In this document: piece by piece, positions 34,001 to 42,699 of the stretch
Layout of the letters: each line of letters opens with the position of its first letter
How positions within the stretch are numbered: the first letter of the stretch is position 1
Source: Woeseiaceae bacterium
GTDB taxonomy: Bacteria > Pseudomonadota > Gammaproteobacteria > Steroidobacterales > Woeseiaceae
DNA length: 64,000 bases
Direction: 5' to 3'
NCBI GenBank assembly: GCA_965232455.1
Contig: OZ246981.1
Location: 3,963,911-4,027,910, forward strand
Notes under the pieces: generated by a model
The model's database searches: none
Told to the model about the DNA's origin: nothing
Seen by the model: only the letters and a program-made list of their open reading frames with translations
Made by a program: the position numbers and the translations under genes

Positions 34001-34999
34001 ATGAAGAAAGCAGCAGCTAATGCGAGGCGAGGCGTCCATCGGCGTGTCGTGTTTGTCGCATTTCCTCACGTTGTTCTGCTGGATCTGATTGGCCCGTGGG
34101 AAGTGTTCTCCCTAGCGAACAAACTCGCCGATAGAGATTCGCCACCGTACGATTTGGAACTGGTGAGCGGCGCTAATTCTGCGAAGATTCCCTCCGGCGG
34201 TGGGATTTCATTGGAAAGTCACCGACCGGCGAAGAACTGCCGGGGAGCTATCGATACGCTGATCGTTCCGGCGACTGATTGGGCGCGGGCCTCAGAGGCG
34301 CAACAATTCTCGTCCGTCTTACAGCGGCTGGCACAGCGGTCTCATCGTATCGTTTCAATCTGCGGCGGTGCTTTTCTCCTGGCAGAGGCTGGACTCCTTG
34401 ATGGCAAGAAAGCAACGACGCATTGGCGTGGAACTGAAGATTTGGCCACACGCTTTCCAAAGGTCGACGTTCAAGCCGACTCAATTTTTGTGAAGGACGG
34501 AAATACCTATACGTCTGCTGGTGTTACCGCAGGTATAGACCTTGCCCTAGCGCTTGTCGAAGAGGATCTTGGACAGGCAGTAGCACTGGATTGCGCCCGT
34601 AACCTGGTCGTTTTCATGCGTCGCCCGGGCGGACAGTCACAATTCAGCGCCACTTTGGAATCGCAACATGCTGAACGGGACGTCATCAACGAGTTGGTAG
34701 CGTGGGCCGCCGATAACCTCGGCAATGACCTTTCCGTTCAGGTACTGGCTGAGCGCGCTCACATGAGCCTACGCAACTTCTCTCGTGTTTTTCGAGCTGA
34801 GGTTGGTCAAACGCCTGCCGCATTCGTCGAAAAGCTGCGAGTGGACGCGACGCGGCAACGCCTCGAAGAGACGGACGAATCAATCGATGAGATCTCCAAG
34901 CACTGCGGCTTTCGCAGCGCAGACTCGATGAGGCGTTCATTTCAACGCGTCGTGAAAGTAGCTCCCAGTGACTACCGTCAACGGTTCCGCAGGCTTTGA
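34001..34999 (+). CDS. GlxA-family transcriptional regulator (DJ-1/PfpI domain plus AraC-type HTH)
   Basis: DJ-1-like N-terminus (SICGGAFLLAEAGLLDG) and C-terminal AraC HTH. Confidence 0.8.
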   Translation: MKKAAANARRGVHRRVVFVAFPHVVLLDLIGPWEVFSLANKLADRDSPPYDLELVSGANSAKIPSGGGISLESHRPAKNCRGAIDTLIVPATDWARASEAQQFSSVLQRLAQRSHRIVSICGGAFLLAEAGLLDGKKATTHWRGTEDLATRFPKVDVQADSIFVKDGNTYTSAGVTAGIDLALALVEEDLGQAVALDCARNLVVFMRRPGGQSQFSATLESQHAERDVINELVAWAADNLGNDLSVQVLAERAHMSLRNFSRVFRAEVGQTPAAFVEKLRVDATRQRLEETDESIDEISKHCGFRSADSMRRSFQRVVKVAPSDYRQRFRRL

Positions 35000-35111
35000 C
35001 ACCTTCATGCCCCTACTCCACGCCATACCGTCGGAGTTGTCGTCCCAGTGGGTTAATCCGAACCAAGGCTAGAAATCGCGACAATCATAAGATTGCCGAA
35101 ACGGCAAACTT

Positions 35112-35186
35112 ATTCCTGAATCGGCAGACAAAAGCACCGAGCTTCTAACTCGGGGATTGCAGGTTCAACTCCTGCCGGGGGTACCA
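35112..35186 (+). tRNA. tRNA-Arg(TCT)-like, weak acceptor
   Basis: Perfect anticodon arm CCGAG-CTTCTAA-CTCGG and T-arm GCAGG-TTCAACT-CCTGC plus CCA. The 5' acceptor ATTCCTG pairs only through three G:U wobbles. Confidence 0.35.
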
Positions 35187-35194
35187 AATACCAT

Positions 35195-35273
35195 GGCCGT
35201 CTGACGGGAATTAGGCATACCTACCTGTCTTAGAAACAGGTGTTTCTCGGTTCGACTCCGAGGGCGGCTACCA
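35195..35273 (+). tRNA. tRNA with anticodon TAG (Leu-reading) but a short variable arm
   Basis: Acceptor GGCCGTC/GGCGGCT, 6-bp anticodon stem ACCTGT-CTTAGAA-ACAGGT, T CTCGG-TTCGACT-CCGAG, CCA. Confidence 0.5.
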
Positions 35274-35278
35274 ACAAC

Positions 35279-35390
35279 GCGGATCGTGGTAGTGGCTGCG
35301 GTGCAGCGACCAGCAGCGCACTAAAGATCAATCCGCACCGGCCTTGTCCGCATTGTTCGGCAAAATTGGGCGGATTGGGGGCTGCGCACC
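35279..35390 (+). other. Third copy of the CTAAAGATCAATCCGCA...GGGCGGATTGGGG repeat element ending in GCTGCGCACCA
   Basis: 8-bp stem CAATCCGC/GCGGATTG with a different loop. tRNA-like 3' tail. Confidence 0.3.
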
Positions 35391-35635
35391 AAATCAGGGC
35401 ACGTTGGCAAATGGATGCCGCCACCTAAAACGTAGGCCGCAGGTGGTCCGGATAACACCGGTCGTTGTCTAAGAGGTCGGGAGGGTATGGTTGAGGATGC
35501 AGGCGACTGCTCTGCGTAAGGGTTACTCGCTGGCGCGCGTTTTCCAACAACCGATCTGCCGGTAGTAATGCCCCGGTTACAACGGTATGCGGGTTCGATA
35601 CCCGTCGTGTCCACCACAAAACTGCACGATCCACA

Positions 35636-36220
35636 TTGTCACCGCGAGAAATGACGATGAGAATTCTAAAACTGGATGTAGGCGGACGACCGATCGCGTG
35701 GATTACACGCGAGGACGGCGCTTTGCTGTACTGCCGCGAGCAGGTTGCGTGGGAGGCCGGCGTTGAAGAGATCGTTCTTCGTGGTGGCTACTCACAGCGC
35801 ACTGGTCTTCGGTCAGTCCTGCGCGTGAATTCGATCGTCGCTACGACTTCGGTAGACAAAGGTGCAGATGACTGGGCCGGTACTCCGGCCCTGACCAACC
35901 CGCGCCTGTTCCGTCGAGACGACTACATGTGTCTCTACTGCGGCGAGGTGCTGCCACCACGACTACTCACTCGTGACCACGTGGTTCCCGTATTTTCGGG
36001 TGGCCGCGACGATTGGGGGAACGTTGTGACGGCGTGCCGTCCCTGCAATCACAGGAAAGACAACCATGCGCTGGAAACAATCGGAATGCGACTGCTCGCC
36101 GTGCCCTACGCACCGAATCGTGCGGAAGGCCTGATTCTGGAAAACCGCCGCATTCTGGCGGACCAGATGGAGTTTCTGCGATCGCGCGTCGGCTCAGGCA
36201 GCCGGCTGCGTGTACCATGA
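35636..36220 (+). CDS. HNH endonuclease
   Basis: C-terminal HNH motif YCGEVL...DHVVPVFSGGRDDWGNVVTACRPCNHRK. Confidence 0.65.
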   Translation: MSPREMTMRILKLDVGGRPIAWITREDGALLYCREQVAWEAGVEEIVLRGGYSQRTGLRSVLRVNSIVATTSVDKGADDWAGTPALTNPRLFRRDDYMCLYCGEVLPPRLLTRDHVVPVFSGGRDDWGNVVTACRPCNHRKDNHALETIGMRLLAVPYAPNRAEGLILENRRILADQMEFLRSRVGSGSRLRVP

Positions 36221-36238
36221 CTTTGGAAGGACAAGACA

Positions 36239-37648
36239 ATGTCATATTTGCACGAAGTACAAAAAGTCTCGGACGCACATTACGTGCTGCCAAAGATCGG
36301 CGACATGCGTACCGAGGTTCACGCGTACCTGTCCGAGACGCTGTTTGCGCAGACCGATGAGGCGCTCTGGCGTCAGGCGGCTCAGGCCGCGGCTTACCCG
36401 GGCATGATTGGCCTGTACCTGATGCCGGATACCCACCTGGGCTACGGGATCCCCGTGGGCGGCGTTGCCGTGACGGAAGACGTCATTATCCAGGCCGGCA
36501 GCGGCTACGACATCTCATGCGGCGTCGTATACCTGCGGGTGCCTGGCCTGACGGCCGCCGACATCGCCGACTGGGACAAGCGCAAGTGCTGGATCGATGA
36601 CGTCGAACTCCGCATCGCAACCGGAATCGGTAGCGACCGGCCGAAGCACATGCCGCGCCTGTCGGAGTCGAAGATCGAAGACATCTTTCGCTATGGCGCG
36701 AAGGCGGTCGGCGTGCGCGCGGACGTCTGCGAGCGGCAGTACATCGACGTGGACGACTCGGTGCTGGATACCGAGCGTGTACAGCGTGCCCGCGACAAGG
36801 CCTGCCCGCAGATCGGTTCGGTCGGCGGCGGCAACCATTTCGTCGAGATGCAGGTTGACGTCAACGACGGTTCGGTGTGGGTGATGATTCACTGTGGAAG
36901 CCGTGGTTACGGCTGGCAAACTGCGAACCATTACTTCTACGCCGGCGCGGAACTGCGCGGCCTGGCAAAGAACCGTCGGGAAGAATCGTGGCTGCGCGCC
37001 GACGAGCCTCTGGGGCGGGAGTACTGGGCGCATCACAATTCCGCGGCGAACTATGCGGTCGCAAACCGCCACATAATCGTGCGCGGCGTGCAGAAAGCGC
37101 TGGAAAACGTCTTTAAGGCAACGGGTGAGGTTTTCTACGAAATCTCGCACAACCTGGTGCAGGAAGAGACGCTGGTGCTGCCGGACGGCACGACCAAGAA
37201 AGGATTCGTACACCGCAAGGGCGCGACGCGTGCATTCCCGGCAGGGCATCCCGACCTGGTTGGAACCAAGTGGGAGGGGACGGGACACCCGTGCCTGGTT
37301 CCCGGTTCGATGCTGGACGGCGCCGCCATCCTGTATCCGTTGGAAGGGGCATACCAGTCGGGTTGCTCGGTGAACCACGGTTCGGGCCGTGTCATGGCGC
37401 GCGGTAGGGCGAAGCGTGAATTGGCAGAGATTCACGACGACATCGACGCCGAGATGCGCGACATCACCCGTACGTTGGGCGGTGTGGAGGTTCGAGGAAT
37501 CGTAGGCAACACGGAGCGGACTCCGCTCGACGAGTGTGGTCACGTCTACAAGGACCTCGATGAAGTGCTCTGCGTGCTGGAAGCGGAAGGAATCGCGAAA
37601 ATCGCTCACCGGATGTATCCGGTGGCGAACATCAAGGGCACCGACTGA
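36239..37648 (+). CDS. rtcB: RNA-splicing ligase RtcB (3'-phosphate/5'-hydroxyl RNA ligase)
   Basis: PDTHLGYGIPVGGV, GGGNHFVEMQ and the C-terminal HNH/GSGR-type His-rich motifs characteristic of RtcB. 469 aa. Confidence 0.85.
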   Translation: MSYLHEVQKVSDAHYVLPKIGDMRTEVHAYLSETLFAQTDEALWRQAAQAAAYPGMIGLYLMPDTHLGYGIPVGGVAVTEDVIIQAGSGYDISCGVVYLRVPGLTAADIADWDKRKCWIDDVELRIATGIGSDRPKHMPRLSESKIEDIFRYGAKAVGVRADVCERQYIDVDDSVLDTERVQRARDKACPQIGSVGGGNHFVEMQVDVNDGSVWVMIHCGSRGYGWQTANHYFYAGAELRGLAKNRREESWLRADEPLGREYWAHHNSAANYAVANRHIIVRGVQKALENVFKATGEVFYEISHNLVQEETLVLPDGTTKKGFVHRKGATRAFPAGHPDLVGTKWEGTGHPCLVPGSMLDGAAILYPLEGAYQSGCSVNHGSGRVMARGRAKRELAEIHDDIDAEMRDITRTLGGVEVRGIVGNTERTPLDECGHVYKDLDEVLCVLEAEGIAKIAHRMYPVANIKGTD

Positions 37649-37674
37649 GGTGCCCTCTCTTTTGAGAAACGATC

Positions 37675-38598
37675 ATGAAACGGTCGGAAGCCCTGGAGAT
37701 AATAGAATGCTTGCCAAAAGGTAAGACTCCATTCTATTACTTCAAGGACCGGTACGCGTTCCTGCTGCTCAACACCGTGGTCGATCGCGCAAAGACCAAG
37801 AGCGAGCTTGCGCGTTCACGATTCGCCAAGTTGTTAACCAAACCCATCGTCAAAGACACAATCGCCCAGTACGGTCGCGGAACCGTAACACCCGACGTCC
37901 TTTGTGCCTATTGGCCGCTTGATGCCGAGTGCTACTTTCTCACTCTCGATATCTGGGGATCAAACAACCGGTGGAACGACCAGACAACTCGCCGCGGGCA
38001 CAATTTAGTGCTTCAGCTAAATTTCTCGAATAAACACGATGCAGAATATCGGCGGCTTATCGAACCGAGCGGAAAACATCCATTCGAGTACCGGGGGCAC
38101 CCCATATCCAGAGGCAGGCGTCGCACACTGGCCTGGGCGAGATTGGACATCGATTTGGCCAGCGGCGAAGCGTTGGTAGAGGAGGTTCAGACAGATTGGG
38201 TTCGATACGCGCTCCGTGCCCGGCGGATAGCAGCTCGTCGTGGACAGGTTAGGTACGGAGATGGAGCTACGATATCGAAAGATCGAATCACTCAATACGT
38301 CGACAGCGTATTGATGCCGCACGTGCGGCTGTGGGATGAGGCGATTCTTGCGGCAACGATCTGGTTTCTACGTGAGGAGTTGGGCATCAACACGATCTAT
38401 TATCACACGCACGAGTCGGGGGCGTTGTTGAAAAAGATTTCGTATACGCTGCCGCCGCGCTCACTCTATACGAAACTCCCACGTAAATTCTGTTTTTCTC
38501 AATCGGGTGAGCGTCCCGATTTCTTGCCGAAGAAGGCGAAGACCGCGGATTCGAGGAAACTGCTGGAAAAGGCTAAATTCCATGTAATGACCTGGTAG
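37675..38598 (+). CDS. Hypothetical protein (307 aa) co-oriented with HNH-RtcB
   Basis: No recognisable motif. Basic patches and conserved His/Glu (YYHTHESG). Confidence 0.4.
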   Translation: MKRSEALEIIECLPKGKTPFYYFKDRYAFLLLNTVVDRAKTKSELARSRFAKLLTKPIVKDTIAQYGRGTVTPDVLCAYWPLDAECYFLTLDIWGSNNRWNDQTTRRGHNLVLQLNFSNKHDAEYRRLIEPSGKHPFEYRGHPISRGRRRTLAWARLDIDLASGEALVEEVQTDWVRYALRARRIAARRGQVRYGDGATISKDRITQYVDSVLMPHVRLWDEAILAATIWFLREELGINTIYYHTHESGALLKKISYTLPPRSLYTKLPRKFCFSQSGERPDFLPKKAKTADSRKLLEKAKFHVMTW

Positions 38599-38783
38599 TG
38601 CTGATTGCTTGATGGCCGGCGAGAAGCAACTGTTTCTGATCATTCGCAAACGACATTCAGGATCTTGCCAGATTGAGAAAAGGAGAGGCGACACGCGGTT
38701 TTTAGTTTAGTTGCGGAATCTCCTTGAGAACTCTGGCTTGGCTTCGTTATTCTTTCCCCCAGCTCATTTCTACGCCGAATTCG

Positions 38784-40016
38784 CTACCAGACCTCTCGAA
38801 TCAGCCTCAGGAAATTCTTGCCGAGTATCTTCTCGATCCTGGCGCTCGAATGGCCACGCCTAGCGAGCATCTCGGCCAGCTTTTGAAATTGCGTGGGCCC
38901 CATTAAATCCGGGATAAGCGGAACAACCTGGTCCGTTTCGCCTGCGGCGCCAATACCGGCCTGACGCCGCTGCCTTACTTCTTCGGCGATTGCGGCGCGA
39001 TACATTGACATATCGTCAATTGCGGTAGCGTCTCCATCAGTGCCAATGCCGACGTGCTCTTCACCACAGACGTTGACGGCATGTTCAATATGCCGAATTA
39101 CGTCGGCTGCTCGAGCTTGTCCGTCGTGCCGCAGAAACGGCATGAAGTAGATTCCAACGACACCGCCTTTTTCCGCTACCAGGCGCATTTCCTCGTCGGT
39201 CTTGTTCCTTGGTATGTCGACCAACGCACGGCAACCGGTATGGGAGATCGTAATCGGAACATTGGCGGATTTGACCGCATCAAGACAGGTGTTCTCACCG
39301 CTGTGACTAAGATCTATCAGAACTCTATTGTCGCTGAGCGCTTCGATGAGCTCAAAGCCGAACGGAGTCAACCCCTTGTTTTCCGCGACCGAGCTCCCGT
39401 CGCCAATTTGATTTCGACCGTTATACGTCAACTGAATGATTCTCACCCCGAGATTGGAAAAGGTGCTGACGCGTTCCAGTCTATTGCCGACGCTTCTTGC
39501 ATTTTGAAAGCCGAAAACAATACCTATCTTGTCTTCTTCTTTTGCTCTTAGGATGTCGTTGACGGTCCAGACCTTGAGAAGGTCTTCAGGATGCCGCCGA
39601 ATCAGGGCGTTCCATCTCGCAATATCGTCAATCGTGTATTCGTAAGGCTCTTCCGGACCGGCTACGTAACCAAGGGTCACATTGATTGCGGTTACGTCAG
39701 AATCACGAGTATCGCGAATGGCGCGGCTATCGATGTTACGGACACGGGCCAGAGTTGCGTTTGCAATATTCTCAACTCCCTGCCCCGATTGCCGGGCCCA
39801 GAGATTCTGATTGGATATTCCTCCCAGGGCATTGAAGACGATCAAATCCTCAATACGCATCTCTCCATCAGCCGCGTTCAAGGGAATCGGCACCATGGCA
39901 AATGGCGATGCAACGAGTCCTGCCGAACTCATCTGCACGAAACTACGTCGCGATAATTTTTGTTTCATGTCGCTCACCATTTGCAGCTCTGACGGGTTGT
40001 GGCTTTTCTTGTGCAA
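38784..40016 (-). CDS. Membrane dipeptidase (peptidase M19, renal dipeptidase family)
   Basis: Tat-like signal SRRSFVQMSSAGL. M19 core motifs. Confidence 0.7.
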   Translation of the reverse strand: MHKKSHNPSELQMVSDMKQKLSRRSFVQMSSAGLVASPFAMVPIPLNAADGEMRIEDLIVFNALGGISNQNLWARQSGQGVENIANATLARVRNIDSRAIRDTRDSDVTAINVTLGYVAGPEEPYEYTIDDIARWNALIRRHPEDLLKVWTVNDILRAKEEDKIGIVFGFQNARSVGNRLERVSTFSNLGVRIIQLTYNGRNQIGDGSSVAENKGLTPFGFELIEALSDNRVLIDLSHSGENTCLDAVKSANVPITISHTGCRALVDIPRNKTDEEMRLVAEKGGVVGIYFMPFLRHDGQARAADVIRHIEHAVNVCGEEHVGIGTDGDATAIDDMSMYRAAIAEEVRQRRQAGIGAAGETDQVVPLIPDLMGPTQFQKLAEMLARRGHSSARIEKILGKNFLRLIREVW

Positions 40017-40082
40017 ACTGCCTGACGTTCCAAAGACGCAGTGTAAATCGGGGCGGCATACCCGCCCCCGACTCCACCTGCA

Positions 40083-42356
40083 TTAGAAATTACGGCGAAA
40101 CGAGACGCCCGATGTCCTCGGGCGCACCGCAAAAACGGAACGATCGGTAAAATCGCTGAATGCCCGGTTGGATTGACCCGTTTCGTCGAAAACGTTGTCC
40201 ACGTAAATCAGCGCGCCCCATTTCTCGCCATCGACGGCGAGACTGATATTGGCTAACGTGTAGTCATCGATTTCCAGAAAGAAGGGGTCGTCCGGCCGCA
40301 ACTCGGTATTGCGGGAATCGACGTGCGACACATCCAATCGAAGTGATCCGTCGAGGTTTCTCGGCAGCCGGAAAAACGTTTCCGCGGCAACGCCGAACGT
40401 CAGGTCAGGAACACGCGGAATGTCGTCCCCATCGAGACCGGGTGCCCGAAAGTCACCGGATTCGTCAACCTGGTCTTCAGTCAGCTCGGCGTTCAGGTAG
40501 GTGAACCCGCCGCTCAGCAGCAAATTTTCCAGCGGCTGCGACGTGACCTCAATCTCGATTCCATTGACCTCGGCCGAGCCGGCGTTGCCGATGAACGCGA
40601 ACGCGCCGTCGGGTGTTGTACCGCCGACCTGGATGTTGTCCCAATCCATGCGGAACAACGCCGCGTTTAGCGTCATGCTGCCGTCGAGCAACGTCGTTTT
40701 TGCACCCAACTCGAAGTTGGTGACGGAATCGGAGTCGAACTGCGGCGGAACCTCGACGAACACCGACTGATTTGCGCCGCCGAGTCGAAATCCTTCGACA
40801 ACCTGGAAGTACGTCATCACATCGTCGGTGAGATCATAAGATGCATTGAATTTGAAAATCGTGTCTTCCTCGCTTGCGTCTCCATCGGGAGCTGGCCCCG
40901 CCGGCGCATTCACCAGGCTGAAGCCCACTATGGTTTCACCGCGGTTCTTTTTGTCATAGTCGAACCAGCGTGCGCCGCCGGTGACACGGAATCGATCGGT
41001 GATGTTGTAGGTCACCTCACCGAAGAACGATAACTGGTCAACGTCCTCGAATGCCTGGCGGAAGAAAATAAACTCGAACGGTACGCGCGCCAAACCCTCG
41101 GGTGTTGCCGCCAGCACCTGGCTCTTTAGATCAGATGAACGGTCCTCGATGAACAGTCCTACCGTCCAGTCGAACATTCTCTGACCGCTCGACGACAGGC
41201 GAACTTCACCTGTCCAGCTTTCGATGTTCTGCGGCTGCTTCACGGTCGCCGGCAGGAAGCCGTTGATAAACTCCGTGTGCGCCGCCGCTTCGGCGGGCGT
41301 ACAAACGTATGTCGCCGGATCCTGTCCATTTTGAATCGCGCAGATCGCATTGTTATCGAAACCGGCGATAAACGGCGTTGTGTCGAAATTGAACTCGACA
41401 AAACGTTCATAGTAGGACGTAGAGGCAACGAGGTCTGCAAACCCAAGGTCCCAATTGAGCGTGGCATTGAAAATGTCCGCATCGTCGACCAGGATCTCTT
41501 GCGTGACACGATCGGTCTGGAGTTCTCCGACAGTCGGGAAAAACTCCGGCCGGCCACCGGTATCGGTGCGCTGCACCATTGCCGTAAGATCCAGTGTGAC
41601 GCCGTCGGACGGCAGCCAGCGTAAAGCGGCTCTGCCTCCCCAGGTTTCCTCATCGTTGATATTCGAGCTTCCCAGCGCCGTGTTGTCGACGTAACCGGAT
41701 TCGTCGCGATAGTAGCCGACGAATCTTGCAGCTAACGTATCCTCGACCAGCGGCACGTTCACCATGCCGTTGAATCCGAGGTTTCCGCTACCGTTATTGG
41801 TACTCGATACATCGGCTTCGACGAACCCGTCGAGCCCCGAAGCATCCGGTTTGTTGGTAATGACTCTGAGTGTGCCGCCCACCGACCCTGCGCCATACAA
41901 TGTGCCCTGCGGACCGCGCAGTACTTCGACACGGTTGATATCGACAAGTTTGAAATCCGGCTGACGCGAGCCGCTATCGGCTTCCGCACCCGGAGCGCCG
42001 GTCACGAATGTCTCGTCGTAATAAAGGCCGACCTGAGACTCGCCGACGCCATTGATGCCGCGAATCACCAACCGCCGTTCTCCGGGCCCTTGGTCGACCA
42101 ACGTCAGTCCCGGGACTGAATTGGCATAGTCGATAAAATCATCAGCGCCGCGCCGCTCCAGCAGGTCACCGCTCAGTGCAGTAATCGATATTGGCGTGTC
42201 CTGCACCGTCGTTTCTCGCTTGGTCGCCGTGACGACAATTTCGTCGAGCGCTCGACCGCTGTTTTCGTCTTGCTGTGCGTAGGTTTGCGGTGCGGCGAGA
42301 GCCACGGCGATGAGAGCTTGCATCCGAACGTGTTGCCAGGTTTTGTTATTCGACAT
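40083..42356 (-). CDS. TonB-dependent outer membrane receptor
   Basis: Signal peptide, TonB box DEIVVTATKR, plug and barrel, C-terminal ...SFRRNF. Confidence 0.8.
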   Translation of the reverse strand: MSNNKTWQHVRMQALIAVALAAPQTYAQQDENSGRALDEIVVTATKRETTVQDTPISITALSGDLLERRGADDFIDYANSVPGLTLVDQGPGERRLVIRGINGVGESQVGLYYDETFVTGAPGAEADSGSRQPDFKLVDINRVEVLRGPQGTLYGAGSVGGTLRVITNKPDASGLDGFVEADVSSTNNGSGNLGFNGMVNVPLVEDTLAARFVGYYRDESGYVDNTALGSSNINDEETWGGRAALRWLPSDGVTLDLTAMVQRTDTGGRPEFFPTVGELQTDRVTQEILVDDADIFNATLNWDLGFADLVASTSYYERFVEFNFDTTPFIAGFDNNAICAIQNGQDPATYVCTPAEAAAHTEFINGFLPATVKQPQNIESWTGEVRLSSSGQRMFDWTVGLFIEDRSSDLKSQVLAATPEGLARVPFEFIFFRQAFEDVDQLSFFGEVTYNITDRFRVTGGARWFDYDKKNRGETIVGFSLVNAPAGPAPDGDASEEDTIFKFNASYDLTDDVMTYFQVVEGFRLGGANQSVFVEVPPQFDSDSVTNFELGAKTTLLDGSMTLNAALFRMDWDNIQVGGTTPDGAFAFIGNAGSAEVNGIEIEVTSQPLENLLLSGGFTYLNAELTEDQVDESGDFRAPGLDGDDIPRVPDLTFGVAAETFFRLPRNLDGSLRLDVSHVDSRNTELRPDDPFFLEIDDYTLANISLAVDGEKWGALIYVDNVFDETGQSNRAFSDFTDRSVFAVRPRTSGVSFRRNF

Positions 42357-42699
42357 TGTTATTCTCCCCCGTTGGATTCACGATCCTGATCGGCATTCGG
42401 CGCAGCTTATTAAAAGAACGCGCTCTTCACTGAATGCCTGATACGCTGCAATGTACTTGTTCTATAACTGGTTATTTCCTCATAGCTGATTTTTGAGTCC
42501 AATGCCGCAGTATCCGGCATTGATACAAGGTTAGACGAATCTTTTTGGAATGGGGAAATTTGGGCATAACAGAATCCGCTCTCGCGGGCTCATCGGGGCC
42601 GGAATAATGGCAGCAGCCAGAAGAGCCCGGCGTGAGATCGACAAGCCCGTCTTCATCAGTGTGTAAGGTCGACGCCGGCGAAGTCGCGAAAGCGCCCTG

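Noticed and set aside
36515-37609. 364-aa minus ORF
   Set aside because: Antisense to rtcB, which is unambiguous.
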